From Minisyncoccota bacterium (GTDB taxonomy: Bacteria > Patescibacteriota > Minisyncoccia > 2-02-FULL-40-12 > GWA2-44-9): a stretch of DNA of 64,000 nt. Shown in pieces: positions 1-9,339 of this stretch. Below the pieces are notes generated by a model. It saw only the letters and a list, made by a program, of their open reading frames with translations. It was not told the DNA's origin and searched no databases. The stretch lies in the NCBI GenBank assembly GCA_035620375.1, contig DASPGX010000006.1:6156-70155 (forward strand). Direction: 5' to 3'. Numbering within the stretch: position 1 is the first letter of the stretch; every line of letters starts with the position of its first letter. Made by a program: the position numbers and the translations under genes.

Positions 1-28
1 AATCAGATGCCGTCAGGTGAGTGTGGGG

Positions 29-247
29 TCAGCAGGAGTCTATTTTTACGTGCACCTTCTTTCCGCAGTGCTGGCATCTGCGGTGCTTGAGCGCGCAGGC
101 GAAACACAGCAGAAAGTCGCGGCTGGTCGCCGGAGCGCCGCACGCGCACGTGCGCGGGCTGGCGTCCACCCAGCGGCCGTCGCAGTGCGAACAGAGAAGG
201 TATGACTCCTTCAATTGGGTTTTTGTGTGTCCTTTCGGTTCAGCCAT
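29..247 (-). CDS. Small Cys-rich (putative zinc-ribbon) protein, 72 aa
   Basis: ORF with ATG at 245-247 (minus) preceded by GGAGGG Shine-Dalgarno. Eight Cys arranged as CxxC...CxC...CxxC...CxxC. No recognisable family. Confidence 0.3.
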   Translation of the reverse strand: MAEPKGHTKTQLKESYLLCSHCDGRWVDASPRTCACGAPATSRDFLLCFACALKHRRCQHCGKKVHVKIDSC

Positions 248-539
248 GTCCCTCCGATGAGGTATCGCGTTCCGTTGCCGTCATTGTCGTACATTCAGTC
301 CCAACGCAAAGGGCACAACTGTGTATAAGTACACAACCGGCATATGATGCCGGTTGTGCGTCTGTGCCCGAGGTGGGAGACCTCCTCAGTCCGCGCCTCG
401 CCGGCCGCTCAGCGCGGCTTCAGAGCCGGGGATCGCGGTGTCGGTCTGCTGACCGACACATCGCTCCGCCCTTCGACTCCCACCTCTCCGGGTCATAGCA
501 AATCACGCCGTCCCAGAAATGGGACGGCGTGATTCGATG

Positions 540-621
540 TGCCCGAGGTGGGAGTCGAACCCACAATCCTTGCGGAACACGATTTTGAGTCGTGCGTGTA
601 TGCCAGTTCCACCACTCGGGC
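540..621 (-). tRNA. tRNA-Leu (anticodon CAA), type II with long variable arm
   Basis: Reverse complement reads GCCCGAG-UGGUGGAACUGGCA...CUCAAAA anticodon loop...long variable arm...GGUUCGACUCC T-arm...CUCGGGC + A. The 7-bp acceptor stem pairs perfectly. CCA is not encoded. A hairpin at 503-535 follows on the minus strand. Confidence 0.85.
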
Positions 622-741
622 GCAAGAGCTTCGTCGGGCGGTCATATTTCGCGCCGCCGAAGAAGCCCATTATACCACTTTTCGGTGCTTTTTCAACGTT
701 CTCTGAATTGCGTGCCAGCATCGGCACGGTACAATGGACGT

Positions 742-1503
742 ATGGCGCGTGTTATCTCGGTGTGCAATCAGAAGGGCGGCGTGGGTAAGACCACGACCGC
801 GGTGAATCTTGGTGCGTATCTTGCCGCACGCGGAAAGTACGTCCTGCTCGTGGACCTGGATTCGCAGGCGAACGCGACCGTGGGTCTGGGTGCGGGCACG
901 GGAGACGATGTTCCCAACGTCTATCATGCGCTGGTAAACGACCAGAATCCGCACGCGGTCCTGCATAAGACCTCCATGTTCGGCTACGACATCATGCCGG
1001 CATCCCAGGTGCTCGCCGGAGCGACCGTGGAACTGGTCGGCATGCAGGAGCGCGAGTTCCGCCTGCGCAACGTCCTGGCCCATGTACGCAACAACTACGA
1101 CTATATTCTGGTGGATTGTCCGCCGTCGCTCGGTTTATTGACCGTGAATGCGCTCGCGGCGTCCGACCGTGTGCTGATTCCGGTCCAGTGCGAGTACTAC
1201 GCGTTGGAGGGCCTGGGCCAGCTGATGCGCACCATTGAACTGGTGCGGAACGGACTCAATCCCGATTTGCAGGTACTCGGGGTATTGCTTACGATGTATG
1301 ATAAGCGCAACCAGTTGGCACGGCAGGTGCTCAACGAGGTCGCGAAAAATTTTCCCGGTCGCGTCTTCCAGGCGGTGGTGCCGCGTACCATTTCGCTGGC
1401 CGAGGCGCCCAGTTTCGGTAAGACCATCCTGCAGTTCGATCCGGGTTCCAAGGCGGCCAAAGCGTACCGTGAACTGGCGGAAGAGATTCTTTCCCTGAAC
1501 TGA
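742..1503 (+). CDS. parA: ParA/Soj chromosome-partitioning ATPase
   Basis: N-terminal deviant Walker A MARVISVCNQKGGVGKTTTAVNLGAYLA. Full-length ParA-like sequence immediately upstream of parB. True start is taken at ATG 742, not the 592 extension in the ORF track. Confidence 0.9.
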   Translation: MARVISVCNQKGGVGKTTTAVNLGAYLAARGKYVLLVDLDSQANATVGLGAGTGDDVPNVYHALVNDQNPHAVLHKTSMFGYDIMPASQVLAGATVELVGMQEREFRLRNVLAHVRNNYDYILVDCPPSLGLLTVNALAASDRVLIPVQCEYYALEGLGQLMRTIELVRNGLNPDLQVLGVLLTMYDKRNQLARQVLNEVAKNFPGRVFQAVVPRTISLAEAPSFGKTILQFDPGSKAAKAYRELAEEILSLN

Positions 1504-1504
1504 T

Positions 1505-2407
1505 ATGTCGTCAAAGAAACATTTCGGACTCGGCAAGGGGCTGGGTTCGCTCATTCCCGAGAGCGCGGGAGCGGAGCCGGGCGTCGCGCGCAAAGAGAAC
1601 GTGTTCTACGTGGAGGTCGGTATGATAGAGCCGAACCCCGACCAGCCCCGGACGGATTTTGACGAGGATTCGCTCGCCGACTTGGCGCGCAGCATCCGCA
1701 AGTACGGAGTGCTCCAGCCGCTGTTGGTATCCAAGGTTGAGGAGCCCTCCGGCAGGGGACTGAACGTGAAGTATCAGCTTATCGCCGGGGAGCGGCGGTG
1801 GCGGGCGTCCCAGATGGCCGGCCTGCCGCACGTGCCGGTCATCATCCGCGACGACCTGGAGCCCCGTGTGCCGTCCAAGCGCCTGGAGCTGGCGCTGATT
1901 GAAAACCTCCAGCGCGACGACCTGAACGCGATGGAATCGGCGGAGGCGTATGCGCGCCTTGCAGGCGATTTCGGCCTGTCGCAGAAAGAAATCGGCGACA
2001 AGGTGGGCAAGAGCCGTGAGGCGGTTGCCAACACAATGCGACTGTTGAATCTTCCCAAGTACATCAAGGACGCGCTCCGTGCCGGACGCATCACCGGTAC
2101 CCATGCGCGGGGACTGCTGTCGTTCTCCGACGCCAAGAAGCAGGAGGAGATGTACAACGCCATCATCGCGGGCGGATTTTCCACCAAAGACGTGGAGAAT
2201 GTCGCGACGTCCGCGCGTGCAGTCGTCGGCAGGCGCAAGGCAAAGCACAACGCCAAATTCGATGACCTCATGAAGAACCTGACTGAGCGACTGCAGGCGC
2301 CGGTGCTCATCCGCACGGCCGGCTCGTCGGGCAAGGCGGGACAAATCGTCATCCGCTTCTCCTCCGTGGAAGAACTCAACGGGGTGGTGAAGCGGATTGT
2401 GGACTGA
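1505..2407 (+). CDS. parB: ParB chromosome-partitioning protein
   Basis: ParB N-terminal box (LGKGLGSLIPE), ParB/Srx domain (LQPLLV...GERRWRA), HTH. 2-nt gap after parA. Confidence 0.9.
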   Translation: MSSKKHFGLGKGLGSLIPESAGAEPGVARKENVFYVEVGMIEPNPDQPRTDFDEDSLADLARSIRKYGVLQPLLVSKVEEPSGRGLNVKYQLIAGERRWRASQMAGLPHVPVIIRDDLEPRVPSKRLELALIENLQRDDLNAMESAEAYARLAGDFGLSQKEIGDKVGKSREAVANTMRLLNLPKYIKDALRAGRITGTHARGLLSFSDAKKQEEMYNAIIAGGFSTKDVENVATSARAVVGRRKAKHNAKFDDLMKNLTERLQAPVLIRTAGSSGKAGQIVIRFSSVEELNGVVKRIVD

Positions 2408-2408
2408 C

Positions 2409-3074
2409 ATGGAGAAGAGTCCCGAACAACCGAAGCAGGCTACCCGTGAAGAAGTTATCCGGGCGTTCCGTTCCGGCGAGCGTCAGGAAGGCCACCGTCT
2501 GTTTGACGAATGGTACCAGCGGCGCATCCGGGATAATGACAACGCTCCGGATTCCGGTCCACGTCATTTGCTTTCCGTGGAAACCATCGAGGTGTACGCG
2601 GCCGCCGGTGAGATGGACATGCTCATGCTGGAAATGCCGCTCGTCAGACAGGCAATTGATTCGGACGCCACGTTGACCGACGAGCTCCGTACGGAGTTGG
2701 CGGGCCGCTTGGACCGGGCCGGTCTGCCGAACCGGAACACGGTGAACCTTCCCGGGGAGGAGAAGTCCGCACGGGGTCCGATATTTACCCAGGAGGATAC
2801 GGATTTTACGACCTACGAGGGCGCGACGACGAAGGACATGCTCAATCACGAAGCCGACCGGGCCGTGAAGCAGCGGGAGTCGGGCGATCCCACGGGCGCC
2901 GTCACGACGCTTGAACGGGCCCGCAGTTATGCGGCGATGCGGACGCAGGTGCTTCTGGAGCTTGCGCGCAAGGAGCAGGACCCTGAGCGCAAGAATGCCT
3001 TTCTGGAGGAAGTCGGCGAGATTGAGGTCACGGACAAGGCACTGGAGTTCATCCTCAAGGAGTTCAGGGGGTAG
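2409..3074 (+). CDS. Hypothetical protein (221 aa) co-transcribed downstream of parAB
   Basis: ATG 1 nt after the parB stop. Acidic, helical. No recognisable motif. Confidence 0.55.
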   Translation: MEKSPEQPKQATREEVIRAFRSGERQEGHRLFDEWYQRRIRDNDNAPDSGPRHLLSVETIEVYAAAGEMDMLMLEMPLVRQAIDSDATLTDELRTELAGRLDRAGLPNRNTVNLPGEEKSARGPIFTQEDTDFTTYEGATTKDMLNHEADRAVKQRESGDPTGAVTTLERARSYAAMRTQVLLELARKEQDPERKNAFLEEVGEIEVTDKALEFILKEFRG

Positions 3075-3086
3075 GTCTCTCAACAG

Positions 3087-3119
3087 AATTAGCGGCTCAT
3101 TTCATGAGCCGCTAATTCT
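3087..3119. terminator. Bidirectional hairpin terminator between convergent genes
   Basis: Perfect 15-bp inverted repeat GAATTAGCGGCTCAT-ttc-ATGAGCCGCTAATTC between the + gene ending at 3074 and the minus-strand rel/spoT ending at 3132. Confidence 0.6.
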
Positions 3120-3131
3120 GTCCGCACACCC

Positions 3132-5048
3132 TTACGACCAGGCCGCTTCCAGGAGGCGGTTTTTTTCCGCGTTGCGGATGTTCGCGCAGCTGGTCAGATG
3201 CACGGTCACGCCCTTGGAACGCGTGATGTATCCCACGACCATCGTGCCCGCGGCGGGGGAGCAGCAGCGTCCGAGTTTGTGCTCCAGTCCGGCCTGGCCG
3301 CCGATGACCAATGTGCCGGGCCGGGCGGCCGACGGCGCGGGCGCGGACCTGCCGGTCCGCTTGCGCTCCGCGCGGAACGCATCCGGGTACAGTCGTTTGG
3401 CGACGTCCGCGGCGTCCAGGTCGCCCATGCTGACCGTCGTAAGTACGTCGTCCAGGGATTTCGCGGAATAGGCGGCCGTGACGGTATTCACCTCCTCGCG
3501 GGAAAGCTTTTCCACGGACGTGCGCGCCCGTGCGAGTTCGCGGTTCAGCGCCCGTTTGCCGTCGGCGATGGCGATGGACGGGTCGTGCCGTTTGAACCAA
3601 CCGCGGATGAGCCGGCGCGAGCCGGCCGTGCGGACGAATTTCAGCCAGTCCCATGACGGTTTCGCGTTCTTGCTTTTGATGACCTCCACGACGTCGCCGT
3701 TCTGCAGAACCTGGTTCAGCGTGGCGATACGGCCGTTCACGCGGGCGCCGGTGATGCGGTGACCGAGCTCCGAGTGCACCGCGTAGGCGAAGTCCACGGG
3801 CGTAGCGTCCTGGGGCAGGTCCTTGATGTCGCCGTCGGGCGTGAAAACGTAAATCCGGTGCTTGAAGAAGTCCAGGCGGAGCTTCGCCAATCCGGCCGTG
3901 GTCTTCAGGTCCTTCAGGTACTGCTTGAGCTGGTTGACCCAGGCGAGTTCCGCCTCCGCCGCTTTCGCGGCGCGCTTCTTGCCGCCTTCATCGTACGCCC
4001 AGTGCGCGGCGATGCCGTTCTCGGCGTGCTCATGCATCTCCGGCGTGCGTATCTGTATTTCCGCGATGCGGCCTTTCTCACAGAACACCGTCGTGTGCAG
4101 TGAGCGGTACCCGTTCGGCTTGGGAACGGCGATGTAGTCCTTGATGCGCCCCGGCAGGGGGCGGTAGTTGGCGTGAATGGCGCCGAGCGCCTCGTAGCAC
4201 CGCCGGTCGTCGGGGACGATGATGCGGAGCGCGACGAGGTCCATGACCTTGTCGGGGTCCATGCCGTACCGCTGCAGCTTCTGGTACAGCGACCAGTGGC
4301 GCTTGGCGCGTGCATGGATGTCCAGAACGGGAACCGCCGCGTCTTCCAGATGGCGGCGCACGAGCGGTGCGGCGCGCCGGATATAGCGGAGCCGATCCGC
4401 GTATTTGTCGCGCACCATGGACATCAGCTCGCGGTATTCCGCGGGGCGCGCGTGCGGGAAGGCAAGGTCCTCCAGTTCACCCTTGAAGCGGCCCATACCG
4501 AGGCGCGCGGCGATGGGCGCGTAGATATCCATCGTTTCGCGCGCTTTGGTCGTCCGCTTGGCCGGTTCCTGGTATTCCAGGGTGCGCATGTTGTGCAGGC
4601 GGTCGGCGAGCTTGATGATGATGACCCGGATGTCCTCGGCCATCGCCAGGAACATCTTCTTCAGCGATTCCACGTGCGGATCAGACGCTTTCACCAGCCC
4701 CGCGGAGGCCCGGTAGGGAATGGCCTTGAGCTTGGTGACGCCGTCCACGAGCGCGGCGACCTCCGGACCGAACTGAACGGCGATGTCCGCCGTTGTCACT
4801 GCCGTGTCCTCGGCGACATCGTGCAGCAGGGCCGCAGCCACGGCGTCCGCATCGAACCCGAGATCCGCCACGATTGCGGCAACCGCAACGGGGTGGATGA
4901 TGTACGGTTCTCCGCTTGAGCGCATCTGCCCCTCGTGCGCGCGTTTTGCCATGGCATATGCGCGCAGGATGAGCGCCTTGTCGGCGGCCGAAAGATGCGT
5001 ATGCTCAAGCACGGGCGCAAGCAGGTTCGTAGGCACGGAAGTTGACAT
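3132..5048 (-). CDS. rel: Bifunctional (p)ppGpp synthetase/hydrolase Rel/SpoT (638 aa)
   Basis: HD hydrolase domain (HDVAEDT...), RelA/SpoT synthetase domain (RSLHTTV, YIAVPKPNGYRSLHT), TGS and C-terminal ACT-like region. Length is typical of long RSH proteins. Confidence 0.9.
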   Translation of the reverse strand: MSTSVPTNLLAPVLEHTHLSAADKALILRAYAMAKRAHEGQMRSSGEPYIIHPVAVAAIVADLGFDADAVAAALLHDVAEDTAVTTADIAVQFGPEVAALVDGVTKLKAIPYRASAGLVKASDPHVESLKKMFLAMAEDIRVIIIKLADRLHNMRTLEYQEPAKRTTKARETMDIYAPIAARLGMGRFKGELEDLAFPHARPAEYRELMSMVRDKYADRLRYIRRAAPLVRRHLEDAAVPVLDIHARAKRHWSLYQKLQRYGMDPDKVMDLVALRIIVPDDRRCYEALGAIHANYRPLPGRIKDYIAVPKPNGYRSLHTTVFCEKGRIAEIQIRTPEMHEHAENGIAAHWAYDEGGKKRAAKAAEAELAWVNQLKQYLKDLKTTAGLAKLRLDFFKHRIYVFTPDGDIKDLPQDATPVDFAYAVHSELGHRITGARVNGRIATLNQVLQNGDVVEVIKSKNAKPSWDWLKFVRTAGSRRLIRGWFKRHDPSIAIADGKRALNRELARARTSVEKLSREEVNTVTAAYSAKSLDDVLTTVSMGDLDAADVAKRLYPDAFRAERKRTGRSAPAPSAARPGTLVIGGQAGLEHKLGRCCSPAAGTMVVGYITRSKGVTVHLTSCANIRNAEKNRLLEAAWS

Positions 5049-5115
5049 GATGGTATTTTAAGTGTAAACTCAATCCTGCCCTCTGACAAGAACCATCAGC
5101 ACGACCGGAGGAACG

Positions 5116-5994
5116 ATGAAGAAACCGAAAATTGCGGTGTTCAGCGGCGCCAGCGGCGGCTGGCTCGGCACCAAACTCGCGACACGCCTGGACGCCAATA
5201 TGATCAGGGCCGACATCGCGGATGCGCATCGCGTCGGCATGATTCTGGACGCCTACAAGCCCGACGTCATCGTCAACTGCGTCGGCAGAGCGGGTCCGCC
5301 GACCGCCCAGCGGGGGAGGGCGGACATCCCGCAGAACATCGACTGGTGCAACCTGAACGACGCAACGCGCTGGGAGACGGTACGCAGCAATGTGCTGGGT
5401 GTGCGGATCCTCGCCGCCGCATGCAGTGCGCGCGGTATCAAAATCTACCATCTTTCCAGCGGCTGCATCTTCGACGGACCGTCGCCGGGTCCTGATGGGT
5501 GGCGTGAGACCGATGAGCCGGCTCCGGTCAGCTTCTACGGCAGGACCAAGGTGGACGGGGAGCGGGAGCTGCCTCCCGATGCATGCATCATCCGTCTTCG
5601 TCTGCCCGTGGACCGGGAGCCGCATCCGCGGAACCTCATCGACAAGCTCATACGGTACGAGAAGGTCATCGACGTGGAGAACTCGGTGACGGTCATCCCG
5701 TCACTGCTGGACGCCGTCGCGGTGCTCATCAAGGCGGATGCGTCCGGCATTTTTCACGTCACGAACCCCCGTCCCGTGCGGCATACCGAAATCCTGGAGT
5801 GGTACCGCCGGTACGTGGACGCGTCGCACCGGTATGAGCTGGTGCCGGCCGGCGCCATCAGCACGCTGGCGTCCGAGGGGCGCTCAAACTGCGTGCTGGA
5901 CACCTCCAAGCTGGAACGCTACATATCGCTTCCACCGGCCGACCAGGCCATCAGGGCGTGCCTGGTGGCATACCGTCAGTCCCTGCAGGCGTGA
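5116..5994 (+). CDS. NAD(P)-dependent sugar epimerase/reductase, RmlD (dTDP-4-dehydrorhamnose reductase)-like
   Basis: Rossmann N-terminus (KIAVFSGASGGWLGTKL), short-chain/extended SDR architecture, about 290 aa. RBS GGAGGAAC precedes the ATG. Confidence 0.55.
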   Translation: MKKPKIAVFSGASGGWLGTKLATRLDANMIRADIADAHRVGMILDAYKPDVIVNCVGRAGPPTAQRGRADIPQNIDWCNLNDATRWETVRSNVLGVRILAAACSARGIKIYHLSSGCIFDGPSPGPDGWRETDEPAPVSFYGRTKVDGERELPPDACIIRLRLPVDREPHPRNLIDKLIRYEKVIDVENSVTVIPSLLDAVAVLIKADASGIFHVTNPRPVRHTEILEWYRRYVDASHRYELVPAGAISTLASEGRSNCVLDTSKLERYISLPPADQAIRACLVAYRQSLQA

Positions 5995-5998
5995 GTAG

Positions 5999-8062
5999 CT
6001 ACGCCTCGTCCGTTGATTCGGGCGGGGCGTTTTGATTTGAGGAATCCGGAGTTTCCGCCGGTTTGTCTTCCGGTCCGGTGTCACCGTCCGCTTTCGGGAT
6101 TTTCTCCGTGTAGCGGCATTTGGGGAAGTTGCCGCATGCGATGAACTTTCCGAACCGGCTCGAGCGGTAGACCAGTTCGCCGCCGTCCTTGGGGCACTCG
6201 CGTCCCACCTTTTCCGGCTCCTCTTTCTCTTTCTTCTCTTTGAGGATGTTTTTGCACGCCGGAAAATTACTGCATGCGATGAACTTGCCGAACCGTCCGC
6301 GCTTGACGACCATCGGGTTCCCGCACTTTTCGCAGATGATGCCCGTCTGTTCCGTTTCGGCCGCCTTGGCTTCCTTGGCCTCTTCGGTCTTCGTCACCAG
6401 GTCCTTGGCGAACGGTTCGTAGAATCCGCGCACCGTCGGCACCCATTCGCGCTCACCGCGCGCGATTTCGTCCAGGCCGTCTTCCATGGTTGAGGTGAAT
6501 GTGACGTCCACGACGCCCGGGAAGTTCGCGACCAAAAAGTCGTTCACCAGCATGCCCGCCTCCGTGGGGTGGAACTGCCGCGACCGGTCCTTCTCCACGT
6601 ATTTGCGCGTGACGATGGTGGAAATGATGGACGCATAGGTGCTCGGACGGCCGATACCTTCCTTCTCCAGCGTCTTGATGAGCGAAGCTTCCGAATACCG
6701 GGGCGGCGGCTTGGTGAAATGCTGTTCCGGCTTCAGTTCAGTGAGCGACAATGCATCGCCTTCGGCGACCGGCGGCAGTTCGTGTTCCTCAAAGCGCGTC
6801 GGCAGGATTTTCAGGAATCCGTCGAAACGGAGCGTCGTCCCGGTCGCACGGAAGCCGTACGTACCCGCACCGATGTCGATGCTCATGGAATCGAAGACCG
6901 CCTTCGTCATCTGCGAGGCCACCGCACGGCGCCAGATGAGGTCGTAAAGCTTGGCCTGCTGGGGCGTCAGCTGGGAAGTCAGTTCCTGCGGCGTCCGCGA
7001 AATTTCGGTCGGACGGATGGCCTCGTGCGCCTCCTGCGCCGATTTTGATTTTGTGCGGAAGCGCCGGCGCTCGTGGTACTTCGGACCGAGCGAGCCGGTA
7101 ATGTACGCCTCCGCCTGCGCAAGCGCCTGTTCGGACAGGTTCACCGAGTCCGTGCGCATGTAGGTGATGAATCCCGCCTCATACAGCTGCTGGGCAATCG
7201 TCATGGTCTGTTTGCTGGAGAACCGCAGTCGGCGGGCGGCGTCCTGCTGCATCGTGCTGGTCGTGAACGCCGCATGCGGCATGCGCGTCATTTCGGTCCG
7301 CTTGATTCCTTTCACGTTCCACGACGCGCCTGCGAGTTCCGTGACGACGCGGTCCGCTCCCTTCTTGTCGCGTATGGCGAACTTATCCAGATTCTGACCG
7401 TCACGGGAGACGAGCGTTGCAATCAGCGGCTGTCCGCCGGCGGTCCGGAGTTCCGCGGCGAGCGTCCAGTACTCCTCGGGGACGAACGCGGAAATCTCGC
7501 GCTCCCGTTCCACGATGAGCCGTACGGCGACCGACTGGACGCGGCCCGCCGACAATCCGCGCCAGAACCGTTTCCAGAGAATGGGGGAGAGCTTGTAGCC
7601 CACCAGGCGGTCCAGTACGCGGCGCGCCTGCTGGGCGTCCACGAGCCGCTGGTCGATGTCGCGGGGATTCCGGAGCGCGTCCGTAATGGCGGATTCGGTA
7701 ATCTCGTGGAACACGATGCGACGGGTGGGTTTGGGCTCCTTTGCCTTGCCCCGCCCGCTCTTTCCGAATCCGAGCGCCTGGACCAGGTGCCACGCGATGC
7801 TTTCGCCTTCGCGGTCTTCATCAGTTGCGAGAATGATTTCGTCCGCCTTGGCGGCTTCCTTCTTGAGCTCGGTGACGTTTTTTCGGGCCTTGGTGGGGAT
7901 GACGTACTGCGGTTCAAAACCGTGCTCCACGTCGATGCCCAGCTCGGCCTTGGGCAGGTCGCGGACGTGGCCGTACGATGACTTCACGATAAAATCGCTC
8001 CCGAGGAAGCGGGAGATGGTCTTGGCTTTCGTGGGGCTTTCTACGATGACGAGTTTGGTCAT
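5999..8062 (-). CDS. topA: DNA topoisomerase I (687 aa) with C-terminal zinc-ribbon repeats
   Basis: TOPRIM N-terminus MTKLVIVESPTKAKTISRFLG, active-site region, and C-terminal CxxC...CxxC zinc fingers (CEKCGNPMVVKRGRFGKFIACSNFPAC). Confidence 0.93.
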   Translation of the reverse strand: MTKLVIVESPTKAKTISRFLGSDFIVKSSYGHVRDLPKAELGIDVEHGFEPQYVIPTKARKNVTELKKEAAKADEIILATDEDREGESIAWHLVQALGFGKSGRGKAKEPKPTRRIVFHEITESAITDALRNPRDIDQRLVDAQQARRVLDRLVGYKLSPILWKRFWRGLSAGRVQSVAVRLIVEREREISAFVPEEYWTLAAELRTAGGQPLIATLVSRDGQNLDKFAIRDKKGADRVVTELAGASWNVKGIKRTEMTRMPHAAFTTSTMQQDAARRLRFSSKQTMTIAQQLYEAGFITYMRTDSVNLSEQALAQAEAYITGSLGPKYHERRRFRTKSKSAQEAHEAIRPTEISRTPQELTSQLTPQQAKLYDLIWRRAVASQMTKAVFDSMSIDIGAGTYGFRATGTTLRFDGFLKILPTRFEEHELPPVAEGDALSLTELKPEQHFTKPPPRYSEASLIKTLEKEGIGRPSTYASIISTIVTRKYVEKDRSRQFHPTEAGMLVNDFLVANFPGVVDVTFTSTMEDGLDEIARGEREWVPTVRGFYEPFAKDLVTKTEEAKEAKAAETEQTGIICEKCGNPMVVKRGRFGKFIACSNFPACKNILKEKKEKEEPEKVGRECPKDGGELVYRSSRFGKFIACGNFPKCRYTEKIPKADGDTGPEDKPAETPDSSNQNAPPESTDEA

Positions 8063-8916
8063 GATATGCGGAATGTGCCGTCGGCGTTCGCTACCGTGCC
8101 GTCCAGTTCCATTATCGACAATGCGGAGACGATTTGAGCCGCGGTCATGCCCGATGCGGCGACGATGTCGTCCATGTGCTTCGGTCCGTCCTCCAGTATA
8201 GCAACGATGCGCGCATGGACGGGGTCCGATGTGGATACGGGCATGGCGGCGCCGGCGCGCACGCCGTATTCCTCAAGAACGTCGGCCGGAGTGCAAACGG
8301 CCTTTGCGCCCTGCTGAATAAGATAGTTCGTTCCGGCCGAACGCGGCCAATAAATGCCTCCCGGAACCGCGAACACGTCGCGCCCCTGCTCGCCGGCCAG
8401 GCGCGCCGTGATGAGCGCGCCGCTCTTGATGTCGGCCTCAACGATGAGTACGCCCTTGCTCAGACCGCTGATGATGCGGTTGCGTGCGGGGAATGTCCAG
8501 CGGTCGGCGGGCGAGCCCGGCGGATATTCGGAAACGAGCAGTCCGCCGTGCGACAGGATGTCCCGTGCCAGCGGCAGGTTCTGCCGCGGGCCTACCATGG
8601 CGTCGTCAACGCCCGACCCCAGCACGGCGACGGTCGCGCCACCCGCATCCAATGCGGCGCGGTGCGCCACCGCGTCCACCCCGAGCGCAAGGCCGCTGAT
8701 GACGGTGAACCCGGCACGGACGAACGCCTCGCTCATCTGCCGCGCAGCCTGACGGCCGTATTCGCTCATGCGGCGCGTGCCGACGACGGCGATGCCCGGC
8801 CGGGACAGCAGCTCCGCATTCCCGCGGACGTACAGGACGTCCGGCATGCCGGCGACCGCGTTCAGCGCTTCGGGATACCGTGCGTCGTCGCGGGTGATGC
8901 GGAGGATATCGGCCAT
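8059..8916 (-). CDS. dprA: DNA processing protein DprA/Smf
   Basis: DprA Rossmann-like core (GIAVVGTRRMSEYGRQAARQ..., GALITARLA...). 4-nt overlap with topA, the conserved dprA-topA arrangement. Confidence 0.85.
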   Translation of the reverse strand: MADILRITRDDARYPEALNAVAGMPDVLYVRGNAELLSRPGIAVVGTRRMSEYGRQAARQMSEAFVRAGFTVISGLALGVDAVAHRAALDAGGATVAVLGSGVDDAMVGPRQNLPLARDILSHGGLLVSEYPPGSPADRWTFPARNRIISGLSKGVLIVEADIKSGALITARLAGEQGRDVFAVPGGIYWPRSAGTNYLIQQGAKAVCTPADVLEEYGVRAGAAMPVSTSDPVHARIVAILEDGPKHMDDIVAASGMTAAQIVSALSIMELDGTVANADGTFRIS

Positions 8917-8994
8917 CGGAGGCGGATACTACGCGCGAGCCGACCGGGCTGTCAACAAAGGAGACGCGCACGGGGACGCCGTGCGCGGGGATGC

Positions 8995-9234
8995 TTACCA
9001 AACCGGACCTTCGTGGGTCCAGAGACTCACCAGGGCGGCGATGAACAGGATGATTCCGAAAAACTGGAATCCGCCGAGAATCCAGACGCCGAGCCCGGTC
9101 ACCGCGAGGTTCTGCCAGAACCCCTCCGGCTCCAGGAGCGCCCGGGCGCCGAGGAATATCCACGCGGGAATTCCGCAGACCACGAAGACGAGGAACGAAA
9201 GAACCGATTTCTGGAAAAACCGAACCACATGCAC
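8995..9234 (-). CDS. Small two-TM membrane protein (79 aa)
   Basis: Own promoter on the minus strand (TTGACA-18-TATGGT; + coordinates about 9245-9282) and GGAGGTG RBS. Two hydrophobic helices. Confidence 0.55.
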   Translation of the reverse strand: MHVVRFFQKSVLSFLVFVVCGIPAWIFLGARALLEPEGFWQNLAVTGLGVWILGGFQFFGIILFIAALVSLWTHEGPVW

Positions 9235-9339
9235 CTCCGGGTTACGGGAAATACCATAACACTAATAATGTGCATATGTCAAATTTCGTGCCTGAGACGA
9301 AACGTGCCCCGCGCTCAACGAAGAGGGCGGGGCACGGCT

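Noticed and set aside
310-330. tGTGTA-taag-TACACa near the window start as a fourth NrtR box
   Set aside because: Spacer is 4 nt rather than 5 and the arms lack the flanking TAG/CTA. It is not adjacent to an NAD gene. Likely coincidental.
8059-8066. dprA-topA 4-nt overlap as a novelty
   Set aside because: The dprA-topA linkage is widely conserved in bacteria. Expected, not unusual.
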